Source of the DNA: Thermoanaerobaculia bacterium
GTDB taxonomy: Bacteria; Acidobacteriota; Thermoanaerobaculia; Gp7-AA8
Assembly: GCA_049298815.1 (NCBI GenBank)
Contig: JBAQWH010000652.1
Coordinates: 1 to 58,831 of the forward strand
Length of the DNA: 58,831 bases
Reading direction: 5' to 3'
Positions 46,655-54,944 of the stretch are shown piece after piece (the first letter of the stretch is position 1; every line of letters starts with the position of its first letter). A model generated the notes under the pieces. The model ran no database searches and was not told the origin of the DNA. It worked only from the letters and a program-made list of their open reading frames with translations. Made by a program: the position numbers and the translations under genes.

Positions 46655-46939
46655 CCGATACCACCACCGTCACCGCCTCCGTGTCCCTCGCCGACACCAT
46701 CTCCGTCTTAACTTCCATTGCCGTCTACCTCCCCCCAGCCAGAACCCTTTGCCCTCCTCATCCACAAAACAACCATCACCCCTCACTCCCGACACCACAG
46801 CCCCCTTCCTCCACCTCCTCTCCTTTAGTCCTCCAGCCCGTGAACCTCGACCTGCTGAAACTCAGGAAGTTGTCTCTGTGGGGTCTTAGGAAAGAGTTGT
46901 TTCTCTTTGGTGGACTTCTTCGGGAACTGTGCGTCTCAC

Positions 46940-47353
46940 TCATTTGACCGATGGAAAGCACGTTGACCTCGGCGGGATGGGGATGAAGTGGAAGTTGTCG
47001 GTGAAGAGATGTGAGTCCTCGGCGTATCGAGAGAGAGGTCGGGAGGAAGAGATAGCCTTCGCGTAAAGGGGTGAACCGTTCGGTGACTCCACCTCTCGGA
47101 GGAGGATCTTGTCGGCGGCTCCGTCGAGATTCACACGTGGCGCGGTACGACGCCGCTCGCGCGGCGACTCGACGTCCCGCAAAGCTGCCGCCGAGTCCTT
47201 CCCGGCGAGCTTCGCGCGTACTTCGTGTCGCGCCGGGCGTTCCGCCTTCGGGGGTATTGTTACGGCTGGAGTCTCGCGCTGGGCCCGTCCGGAGAAGAGC
47301 GACAGGGTGAGGCTTCTCATGACGATGATCGTAATCACCGCCATGATTCTCAC
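46940..47353 (-). CDS. hypothetical protein with a hydrophobic N-terminus
   Basis: MRIMAVITIIVMRSLTLSLFS... The competing ORF 46776-47408 is in another frame, so a frameshifted gene is possible. Confidence 0.3.
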   Translation of the reverse strand: MRIMAVITIIVMRSLTLSLFSGRAQRETPAVTIPPKAERPARHEVRAKLAGKDSAAALRDVESPRERRRTAPRVNLDGAADKILLREVESPNGSPLYAKAISSSRPLSRYAEDSHLFTDNFHFIPIPPRSTCFPSVK

Positions 47354-47471
47354 GAGAGCCCTCGCCTATGGCGCCCAATCCGGAAGCGATGATGTAGAAG
47401 CCGATCATTCGGATGAGGAAATCACGCGTTGATCTACCGAATGAACGACAGTCACTCTCTGCACAAACCCG

Positions 47472-47678
47472 CTACTTCATCGGTATCACGCACGTCGGCG
47501 CCAGTACGAGGACGAACATCTTCGCGGTGATCACGAGGCTCGTCATGGGGATCAACGTGAGGCTGAACACCTCAAAGGGGAAGGATGAATGGCTCTTGGC
47601 GCCAATGGCGCGTCCCAGAACACGCCTGACGCCCGTGACGTCAGGGACGATGCGGCGGCCGTACGCATCGTCGTTCAT
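47472..47678 (-). CDS. small hydrophobic protein (tentative)
   Basis: 68-aa ORF ending in a hydrophobic stretch LIPMTSLVITAKMFVLVLAPTCVI. Confidence 0.25.
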   Translation of the reverse strand: MNDDAYGRRIVPDVTGVRRVLGRAIGAKSHSSFPFEVFSLTLIPMTSLVITAKMFVLVLAPTCVIPMK

Positions 47679-47901
47679 GCTCTACCGAGCCTCCGATCGG
47701 GTCCGTGAACGCCCCGTGCTCCACCTCTCTGCTGGCGTGCTGGCGCACGACTTCTCGGTGCGCGTCCGGGCAGTTGGCTGGAAGACGGCTCTCGCTCCGG
47801 CGCGGCGGCGAAGAGGGCGATGCAGGCACCTTCATCGTGCCCACGAGGTCCTCGCCCTGACGCCGCGTCAGCGACGACGAAATAAAAAAAATCGCTAGAA
47901 G

Positions 47902-47946
47902 CGGACCCTGTAAGGAAAAAGTTCCCTTAATAGAGTGTGAGGGAAA
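47902..47946 (+). promoter_or_regulatory. reiterated operator/promoter-like motif, copy 2
   Basis: CGGACCCTGTAAGGAAAAAGTTCCCTTA. An A8 tract lies just upstream. The motif is 75 nt upstream of the 48021 start. Confidence 0.5.
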
Positions 47947-48020
47947 TGGATATCCATTGCCCAAATAGATTCGAAGGTCGGCTGAAGGACTTCCCTACAG
48001 CCGACAAGAGGAAAGAAAAG

Positions 48021-48383
48021 ATGTTCCCATTCCGCGAACAGTCCAACCCCTTCACTCAGACCTCACCCTCCTCCCTTCCTGCCGACCCGACGACCACCCC
48101 TGCCTTCGTCGCCGAGGTGAGCCGGATCGTCATCGACAAGATCAGCAAGAACGGTCTCTCTACGAGGCCGCTCCTCGTCACCGGCAGAGAGGCAGCTCGT
48201 CTGCTCGGCACGAACGTCAGTGCCGTCCGGCGTCTCGTCCGCGATGGCCACCTCTCGGGCGGACCGTTCCCGTTCCCCGGCTCAGCGATCCACGTCACCT
48301 ACGAGTCGGCCGTGGCGCTCGTCAAGCGGTTCGGCGCGGGCGCGGGTGCGCCCCTGCGCAACGTCCGGAGGCACGATGCCTAA
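48021..48383 (+). CDS. excisionase-family HTH DNA-binding protein (putative)
   Basis: LLVTGREAARLLGTNVSAVRRLVRDGHL resembles the MerR/excisionase-type HTH_17 pattern. The start was chosen after the motif copy. Confidence 0.5.
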   Translation: MFPFREQSNPFTQTSPSSLPADPTTTPAFVAEVSRIVIDKISKNGLSTRPLLVTGREAARLLGTNVSAVRRLVRDGHLSGGPFPFPGSAIHVTYESAVALVKRFGAGAGAPLRNVRRHDA

Positions 48384-48654
48384 AGCCCCGCGAAACAACC
48401 CGGAGGTCGAGCTGCGTGCAGCACTGGAATGGGCGTTCGAGAAGTGCTACACGCCTGAACTCCGCAACCGCGACGAGGCTCACTGGTTCACGGAGTGGAT
48501 CACGATGTTGTCGCGGTGCTACAACCCAGCCGATCCCGGCTACGCGTACGAAGGCGCCCACGGCATCACGGTTGCCGACGCATGGAACCCGGAGGCGGGG
48601 GGCAGCTTCGCAACGTACTACCGGGACGTCAAGAAGCGGAGGTCTCGCCGCTGA
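48376..48654 (+). CDS. hypothetical protein, 92 aa
   Basis: The ATG overlaps the upstream stop (ATGCCTAA). The sequence looks protein-like. Confidence 0.5.
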   Translation: MPKAPRNNPEVELRAALEWAFEKCYTPELRNRDEAHWFTEWITMLSRCYNPADPGYAYEGAHGITVADAWNPEAGGSFATYYRDVKKRRSRR

Positions 48655-48776
48655 TTCGAAATGAGGAGGACGGGACGACCCGTCCTCCTCGCGCGGAATC
48701 CTGCTCGCGTCGGGGGCTGATGGTAGGCGGCGTATCACAACCGACAAGGGGATATCGCTCGGCCTACGCTGGTGCC

Positions 48777-49001
48777 ATGACGATCCTCGGCGCTCTCGCT
48801 GGCGAACCTCCGGAACCCATGACTCGCACAGACTTCGAACGCGTTCAGATGCGCATGGCGGCTTGGTTAAGGGTCGACATCCTTCTCGATCGCGAAGATG
48901 CACTGCGGATGCTGGACGAGATTCGATGGCTTCGACGTCGCCCACACCGGGTAGAGACAGCGATCGAACCGCTCGTCGAGGCGATCACCATGTCGATCTA
49001 G
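48777..49001 (+). CDS. small hypothetical protein, paralog of 17503-17724
   Basis: See 17503-17724. A 3' stretch of 21 nt, CCGCTCGTCGAGGCGATCACC, is identical between the copies. Confidence 0.5.
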   Translation: MTILGALAGEPPEPMTRTDFERVQMRMAAWLRVDILLDREDALRMLDEIRWLRRRPHRVETAIEPLVEAITMSI

Positions 49002-49405
49002 CGATGAGGACCCTCAGCAGACGCATTCCGAACGTGTAGGAGGCACGATTCAGATCGACACGACCGCCGCCATGCCTCGGCATCACTCGTTCCGCAGCGC
49101 GGCCTAGAAGCCGTGCACTTCAGCCGCGATGTGCGGATGGCGATAGCGTGGTTGACAGCGTGAACCTCGACGTCCCGCATCCCTCACCCTCCCGAACGCA
49201 CAACCGTATCGGTCGCGGAGTTCGACCGAATCGGGTAGGACGTTCTCGGCCAAAAGCAGCTCGTGCTCGGCGGCATCAAGCTGGACGGATAACCGTGCGA
49301 GAGGTGTGGCCTCGGCTGTCATGGCGACGCTGTTAGTCGTGACACGCGGCGACCGCCGTATCAGATCGTAAGCTGCGCAGTTGCCCGGCGTAGTCCGCGC
49401 GAAGC

Positions 49406-49438
49406 GACGCCCGGCGGGGCAGCAGCCTGCCGGGCGTC
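49406..49438 (-). terminator. strong GC hairpin immediately after the stop of 49445-50473
   Basis: GACGCCCGGC/GCCGGGCGTC perfect 10-bp arms, extendable by about 3 bp. No U-tract follows, so terminator function is assumed only from position. Confidence 0.4.
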
Positions 49439-49444
49439 AGACAA

Positions 49445-50473
49445 TTACCGACCTTGAACAAACCAGATGTCATAGACAGGTCGCACGGATACACCGAACC
49501 CGACTAGGGCCTGCCAGCGAAACTGGTTTCCGTGCTTATCTCGCCGCCCGCTCCAGTGAGCGTCGGTGGTTATGAAGGTCACAGCGCTCGCGGACAGTGC
49601 TTGAACCTCATCGGAGGACGACCGGCCGTCATGGTCGCGGTCGGTCCAAAGAAGCAGGGCGCGCCAGACGTTATCCCGAGCGTTGATCACCCCGTCGCGG
49701 TTCTCGTCATATTCGGCCAACGCGGCGAATCCGTGCGGTGCGCGTCGGCCATCACTCAGCCGAGTCGCCGATCCGAACAGCTCTCTTCCAGTCGTGATCA
49801 CGCCGTTGTCGTCGAGGTCCAGCGCTACGAACGCCTGCTCCGAACCGGCCATTGTCCAAGCTGTCTGGCGGGACGTTCCGTCGCCTGCAAGGTCGAACGT
49901 GACACCCCGCGCCACGTCGGTGAGGGCGTACCCCCCAGCGTCAAGATTGATCACGATCGGCGACTCGCATGGCACGTACTGCTCGTTGTTGTCAGGATTC
50001 TGCGAGTCGTCGCACTGACTGTCTGGACCACCGGGATCATCTGGGTCTGGAGTGTCGGCGGGCAAGCACGCGCAGATTTCAGGCGGAGTTCTCGTAGTGC
50101 TTAGGCCGACATTCAAGTCTGCAAAGAAAAACAGCCCCGTCGTATAGAAGCAGTCGCCTGGATTGCCGAACCAGTTCGTCGAGTTGCTCAGCTCGTAACC
50201 GTCGGTAGTATTGTGGTGCTGGTACAGAAGGGTCGAGGACCACGATACTGGGTCCTTTGATGAAATGTAATGATCGAGCGCAATGAAGGCATAACCGTAA
50301 CCCAGCCCTTCTTCAGCCCAGCATCGCGCCACCGCGCTTGAGTAGTACTCGTTGCCCCAGTAGCCAGCCTCAGTGTATGCGTCAATGCGTGCGCAGTAGG
50401 AATAGGCGGGTGACGCGACTGACACAATGATCAACAGACCTAGGACGAGTCTGGCGCGGTTACTTACCTGCAT
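49445..50473 (-). CDS. secreted protein with EF-hand-like calcium-binding loops
   Basis: Start at MQVSNRARLVLGLLIIVSVASPAYS after an AAGGAG RBS. Three DxDxDG-type loops (DLDDNGVIT, DENRDGVIN, DRDHDGRSS). Confidence 0.7.
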   Translation of the reverse strand: MQVSNRARLVLGLLIIVSVASPAYSYCARIDAYTEAGYWGNEYYSSAVARCWAEEGLGYGYAFIALDHYISSKDPVSWSSTLLYQHHNTTDGYELSNSTNWFGNPGDCFYTTGLFFFADLNVGLSTTRTPPEICACLPADTPDPDDPGGPDSQCDDSQNPDNNEQYVPCESPIVINLDAGGYALTDVARGVTFDLAGDGTSRQTAWTMAGSEQAFVALDLDDNGVITTGRELFGSATRLSDGRRAPHGFAALAEYDENRDGVINARDNVWRALLLWTDRDHDGRSSSDEVQALSASAVTFITTDAHWSGRRDKHGNQFRWQALVGFGVSVRPVYDIWFVQGR

Positions 50474-51126
50474 CCTTTGCTCCTTGCCGACAACGTGACG
50501 GCTGTTTCCGAGTGATCGGCGATCTCCGTACGAATCGACGGAGCGACATGGCGGTACAGGAACCGGTCGAACGCTTCGTTGCCGAACGTCGTGCGTGCCG
50601 CACTCAGGAGATCGGCAGCGGCGGCACAGATCTGCGGCTTCAACCGGCCCAAGTCGGCGCGACCGCGGGCCTGCCGCTGAAGTTGACCGGAGTAGTTCAT
50701 GAGTGCAATGTATGGCGCGGCCGCAGCATCCAACGTAACCCAAAACTGCGCAAAGTCCCATCCCGCCGCCTCAATTGCGGCGCGGTGCCGATTGCGCATG
50801 AGCTGGTGTGGCGCGGCGTTGTCCAATATGAGGCTTGTGACAAGCTCCACTGGGAGAAACAGCTCCGGCTCACGCGATCCATCGAGCGGTGTGAATCCGG
50901 CAGGGCGGGCTGGAGCGCCGTGGGTTCGAGCGCGTCGAGCGGCACGCTGCACTGGGTCAACGCGTTTGGCTATTCGTTCCTCAGCGGTCCATTGCCACGC
51001 CGCCTTTTCTGAATGCTGGGGTGGCGCGGCGTAAGCGGCGCTGCCGAGGGATGCCACGAGAACGGTTAGTAGTACGGCCGAGAGAGTTCGATACAAGGTA
51101 TCCTCCTTCGCCTGTGAATTGATCAA
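50464..51126 (-). CDS. secreted hypothetical protein
   Basis: Signal-like LSAVLLTVLVASLGSAAYA. Its stop overlaps the downstream gene start by 10 nt. Confidence 0.65.
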   Translation of the reverse strand: MINSQAKEDTLYRTLSAVLLTVLVASLGSAAYAAPPQHSEKAAWQWTAEERIAKRVDPVQRAARRARTHGAPARPAGFTPLDGSREPELFLPVELVTSLILDNAAPHQLMRNRHRAAIEAAGWDFAQFWVTLDAAAAPYIALMNYSGQLQRQARGRADLGRLKPQICAAAADLLSAARTTFGNEAFDRFLYRHVAPSIRTEIADHSETAVTLSARSKGCR

Positions 51127-51255
51127 TTCTACGGCGGCTCAGTCGCGGCTTACAGAGTCACGTGCGACGGCGTGTCGCAGCGTAGGAAGTTCGGTTCAGG
51201 TAGGGCTGGCCCTGGCGCTCGTCACGCATGGTTTCAATGGCACGTAGCGTTGTAT

Positions 51256-51446
51256 CAGTGCCAATGCGGTGATGACAGTGCCACAGGGCAGGATAGGCCG
51301 CGCCGATGCATTTGTCCGCTAAGTGGTGGCGGCGGCGCTGCTGGTGTGCTGATGCGACATGGCCCTCCGCACCCGTCTGTTCAGGTTCCAGTGCCAAGTA
51401 GCCAGACAGCAGTGCCAAATACGCCGCGGTGATAGGTGCAGTGCCG
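51256..51446 (+). repeat. iteron-like cluster, five copies of CAGTGCC(A/G)
   Basis: Copies at 51256, 51276, 51389, 51410 and 51439. Two copies are followed by GCGGTGAT(G)A. The cluster sits in a roughly 0.65 kb stretch without a convincing ORF. Confidence 0.5.
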
Positions 51447-51524
51447 CTGAGTCTCTGGCTGCTTCGCGGTCCGGCGCCGCGTGTCTGAACACCGCCGGGG
51501 TACGAACCGTCGGACCATTAGTGA

Positions 51525-51758
51525 AGGCGGACTATTGGCCGTGTACAGCAGCGACTCGCCGCGAGAACGTGGCAGAAGACGAACGACGACCTGATCCTCG
51601 ATTTTCGGCACGCATACGAGCGCCGGGGCGTTCTCACGCGCGAAGCGTTGCAAACCGTGGGCGGCTCAGCGTGCTGGCAGACGTACGGAAGAAGGTTCGA
51701 AGGAGGACATCAGCAGGCGCTGGCGATCGCCTACGCGTCCGACATCGAGGCGGCGTAG
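51525..51758 (+). pseudogene. start-less fragment resembling a homing-endonuclease-associated (HNH_repeat-like) module
   Basis: Translation WQKTNDDLILDFRHAYERRGVLTREALQTVGGSACWQTYGRRFEGGHQQALAIAY. There is no ATG, GTG or plausible start after the upstream stop. Confidence 0.3.
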
Positions 51759-52097
51759 TAGCGGCTGTTCGCCTCACTCGGCGATCACCTCGCAGTTGAA
51801 GAGCGAGGAGCCGAGGACTGGCTGGTCAACGGTCACCTCCTCGTCGGGGTGAAGGTCGCGTTCCCTGAGACCCGGTTCCGCAGCTTGCGGTGGAGGTTCG
51901 AGTTCAACAACAGCCAGATCCCCGAGGTCGTCATCGGTCTCTGCTTCGCACCCCACCGGGCGTGCAGCACGTCGAGTCATTCGTATTCAACACGTGGAGG
52001 TTCAAGACCGCCATCAGGACGGTGTTCCCGGCGCTCGACCGCAAGTCATGGCCCGCGCACTTCGCGCCGAAGACAATCGAGGAGCTGGTCAAGGCTC

Positions 52098-52946
52098 TCA
52101 GTTACCGTTCGTATCACGGATCGAAAAGAGCAGAGGACCTGCTGATCGCGAGCGACGTCCAGCGCGTCCACGAAGGTGACTTACGAGCCGATCCAGCTCT
52201 TCAGGTGCAAGGCATCCGGTGAGCGACCGCACCGTCCTCGCGTTTGGATGCGGGAGCAGCACGACGATTCGCTCGCACTGAGCCAAGACGAACGGCTCCG
52301 ACACCCGCCCGGCCGAGACGTTGACGATCGTCCTCAGCGCGTCGGCTGCAATGCTGCCCAGCGCCACGATGACGGCAGCACCGGACGATTCGAGCACGCG
52401 CGTCAGGTAAAGACGCGCGCACTCCGAGACGGCTTCGCGGACGCCATGCTCGCCCCTACTCTTGCAGTGGACAAGCTCCGTCAACGCGTAGTCGACTCCG
52501 GGGACCGCCTCGCGTTCGAGCAGCTCTTCGGCCCGCTTCTTCACTGCCGACCAGAACGCGTTCGCTTTGCCGTGCGAGCCGTCGGTCAGCAGCGCGCGGT
52601 TACCGCCGACGACCCACCCGCGCTGACCGTCGCCGAAGCGATGCGTGAAGAAGTCGGACACGACTGCGGCGTCCCAGTCAGCGGTCGGGTACTCGGCATC
52701 AGGCTCCCCGACCCTTGAAGCCTGAGCCAGAGCCGGGTTCGACGAGATGAACAAGATCGGCGCGCTGGCGAGGTCGCCGGACCACGGCTCCGGCACGTGA
52801 AAGTCATGGGGTGCCACCGCTTGAGCAGCGACAACCTGATGGCAGGGATGGTTCGACGAGGCTCGTGCCACCGGGACGTTGACGCAGCGCGCGATCTCAA
52901 TGAGGAGAGAAGCCACGCGTGCATTGTGCCCGACCCGGTACGACAC
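52098..52946 (-). CDS. uracil-DNA glycosylase superfamily-like protein (tentative)
   Basis: VPEPWSGDL...ILFISSNP, ELVHCKS and LLPHPNAR resemble UDG family motifs A and B. Confidence 0.55.
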   Translation of the reverse strand: MSYRVGHNARVASLLIEIARCVNVPVARASSNHPCHQVVAAQAVAPHDFHVPEPWSGDLASAPILFISSNPALAQASRVGEPDAEYPTADWDAAVVSDFFTHRFGDGQRGWVVGGNRALLTDGSHGKANAFWSAVKKRAEELLEREAVPGVDYALTELVHCKSRGEHGVREAVSECARLYLTRVLESSGAAVIVALGSIAADALRTIVNVSAGRVSEPFVLAQCERIVVLLPHPNARTVRSLTGCLAPEELDRLVSHLRGRAGRRSRSAGPLLFSIRDTNGN

Positions 52947-53204
52947 GCGCTCACCTGTCGTTCGCGCTGGGTCTCAACGGCGCGTTCTAAGGCGCCCAGA
53001 GCCGCGACGAGCGCGAACACGACGCGCTGCCTGCATCGCTCGATCTTCATGCGTCAGAAGACCGCTATCGACGTCCCTGAGCGAGCTATAATCCCTGATC
53101 GAAACGTGAAGAGACAGTCCTGATCGGACTGCGCCAACCGGTGACTGATTCCGGTGGTACTCGGTCGTAACGACCGCACGTGCTTCTGAAAAGGAGAACC
53201 AGTC

Positions 53205-53480
53205 ATGTCGCGCAACGGCCACTCACTTCTCATCTCCATCGTGCATCCCGTCGATCCCGACCTCGTCGTCGGCTGGGACGAGTTCCTGACGAAGCTCGAC
53301 ACGTATGTCTGCCCGGAGGCGCCATCCGTCTCGTTCGTGGTGAACTTCGTCGGCGCCCGCGAGGGCGTGCGCCACGTCCGCATTGACGCGTTCATCCGTC
53401 GAGTTCTCCGCTCGCTGGGCATCACCCGACCGCAGTGCCTGCCGGGATTGTTCACGACGAGGAATGTGAGGTGGATGTGA
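53205..53480 (+). CDS. hypothetical protein, 91 aa
   Basis: AAAGGAGAA RBS before the ATG. First gene of a coupled three-gene set. Confidence 0.55.
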   Translation: MSRNGHSLLISIVHPVDPDLVVGWDEFLTKLDTYVCPEAPSVSFVVNFVGAREGVRHVRIDAFIRRVLRSLGITRPQCLPGLFTTRNVRWM

Positions 53481-53893
53481 GCGCCCCAGCCGACACGAAC
53501 ACGATCACCGTCGAGATTGACGGCATCGTCGTCGTAGGGGTCGTCGAGCAAGTGGACACGTGGGACTTCTCGATCTCAATCGCGAGTCCCTTCATCGGCC
53601 TCACAACTTCGCTCGGCGGGCCGAGGTGGCTGCCTCCTATGCCCAGAGCGCTCGCTGAGGAACGACTGCGCGATGCGCTCTTCTGGCAGTACCACGCCTG
53701 CACGTACCTGATTCAGGAACGCGCCGAGATCGCCGTCAAGATCCGCGCGTGGGACGAACATGAGCGTGGGCTCGAAGCGAGTCACCACGATGCACCCGCA
53801 CGTGTCGCCGCTGCTCGACGCGAGCTGCGGAAGAGGTTCAAACAGGGCGACAAGCAGACGACGGATGCGGAGGTCTGCCATGACGGACTGTGA
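53477..53893 (+). CDS. hypothetical protein, paralog of 53880-54449
   Basis: The GTG overlaps the upstream stop (GTGA). ITVEIDGIVVVGVVEQV, then a helical tail RRELRKRFKQGD. Confidence 0.5.
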   Translation: MSAPADTNTITVEIDGIVVVGVVEQVDTWDFSISIASPFIGLTTSLGGPRWLPPMPRALAEERLRDALFWQYHACTYLIQERAEIAVKIRAWDEHERGLEASHHDAPARVAAARRELRKRFKQGDKQTTDAEVCHDGL

Positions 53894-54449
53894 GCGCATA
53901 GAGATCGAGGTCGATGGCGTCATCGTCGTCGGTGAGGTCCCGGTGCGCATCCCGCGCCGGATCAACGTTCGCCTCGTCGTGCCCTTCGGCATTCTGCGCG
54001 CCGACGTGTGTGTGCCGTTGTTCGGCGCCTCGTTCGCTGACATGACCTCGGGCCAGGGCGACGAGGTCGCGCGGTCGCTTCTCCTCGGGCTCTACCGCAA
54101 GGCCGTTCTCTTCGATCGACATCGGAACGAACTCGCGCAACGGTGGGCCGACACCGAGCAACGCCTTGCCGGGCTCGATCGTGAAGACCGGGATGCGACT
54201 CAGCGACTGAACGAACAGCGTCGGCGGCTCCGGGCGCGATTCAGAGCCGGAGAAATCCCGGAGAGGTCCTACCAGCTCGCGCTTCGCGAACTTCGCAGTC
54301 GACGCGAGTCGTTCGAGGAGCGGAGGCGGAAGGTGGTCGAGGAGTTCATGAGCAACCCGCCGTGGGACAAGCGCGACGGCGGGCGCGGCGTCGACCTCGG
54401 ACAAGTGGTCGAGTTCCTCGAATCAACGGCCGATGTGACGGGTCGCTGA
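53880..54449 (+). CDS. hypothetical protein, paralog of 53477-53893
   Basis: The ATG lies 14 nt inside the upstream gene. IEIEVDGVIVVGEVPV, then a coiled coil RRRLRARFRAGE. Confidence 0.55.
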   Translation: MTDCERIEIEVDGVIVVGEVPVRIPRRINVRLVVPFGILRADVCVPLFGASFADMTSGQGDEVARSLLLGLYRKAVLFDRHRNELAQRWADTEQRLAGLDREDRDATQRLNEQRRRLRARFRAGEIPERSYQLALRELRSRRESFEERRRKVVEEFMSNPPWDKRDGGRGVDLGQVVEFLESTADVTGR

Positions 54450-54481
54450 ATGTTACGGAACCGTGAACGATCCCCGATGCG

Positions 54482-54520
54482 CGGACCCTCTAAGGAAATT
54501 GTTCCCTTAGTACTGGAGGT
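54482..54520 (+). promoter_or_regulatory. reiterated operator/promoter-like motif, copy 3
   Basis: CGGACCCTCTAAGGAAATTGTTCCCTTA, 65 nt upstream of the proposed GTG start of the Xis-like gene. Confidence 0.5.
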
Positions 54521-54584
54521 GCCGAATTCATCGAAGAACAACCGCCCCCACCCGCTCCCGCCGCAGTCACCAGCCAAGTCGAAG

Positions 54585-54944
54585 GTGCTCCAGTTCCCTT
54601 GCGATCAGGAACCGGACGGCCTCGACAACGTCAACGCCGGATTGACGCATCTCCGCACCGCTCTCGCTGAGTATCACGACGCGCTCAGAGATCTCGTCTG
54701 CCTCACCTCCATTCTCCTTCATCGGACGACAGACACGACCCACATCACGATCGAAGAAGCAGCTCGTTACCAGATGGTCTGTACGAAAACGATCAGAAAC
54801 CGGATCAAGCAGGGGAAGCTCACGCTTGAGGTGATCCCCGGCACCAACCGCTCCGGCATTCCGGTCAAGCAGCTCTCCAGCGGATGGGTCGACATGAATC
54901 GCGCCAAGGCGATTCTGCGGCGTAGGGCGGCGGTCAATGGGTAA
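54585..54944 (+). CDS. excisionase-like HTH protein (putative Xis)
   Basis: ITIEEAARYQMVCTKTIRNRIKQGKL HTH. It ends 8 nt inside the integrase gene. The start is uncertain (the track ORF begins at 54450, across the motif). Confidence 0.5.
   Translation: MLQFPCDQEPDGLDNVNAGLTHLRTALAEYHDALRDLVCLTSILLHRTTDTTHITIEEAARYQMVCTKTIRNRIKQGKLTLEVIPGTNRSGIPVKQLSSGWVDMNRAKAILRRRAAVNG

Noticed and set aside
46526-46711. 61-aa ORF encoding PSPSPSPSPSPIPPPSPPP across the hexamer repeat.
   Set aside because: The sequence is a direct translation artefact of the C/T-rich microsatellite tract. There is no RBS or other coding evidence.
46776-47408. 210-aa minus-strand ORF.
   Set aside because: Only the first 20 residues look protein-like (hydrophobic). 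The rest is Arg/Gly/Glu-rich and overlaps a more plausible frame (46940-47353). It may be a frameshifted gene, which I cannot resolve without comparative data.
47857-47893. Hairpin CTGACG-CCG-CGTCAG followed by an A8 tract, considered as an intrinsic terminator.
   Set aside because: On the plus strand the run is A rather than T. On the minus strand the T-run precedes the stem. Neither orientation fits a rho-independent terminator.
51890-52222. 110-aa plus-strand ORF with a protein-like middle segment (FNTWRFKTAIRTVFPALDRKSWPAHFAPKTIEELVKAL).
   Set aside because: There is no plausible start before the protein-like segment. The N-terminal part is low-complexity, and the ORF overlaps the 3' end of the convergent UDG-like gene by 125 nt. 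It may be a gene remnant, but this is unsupported.
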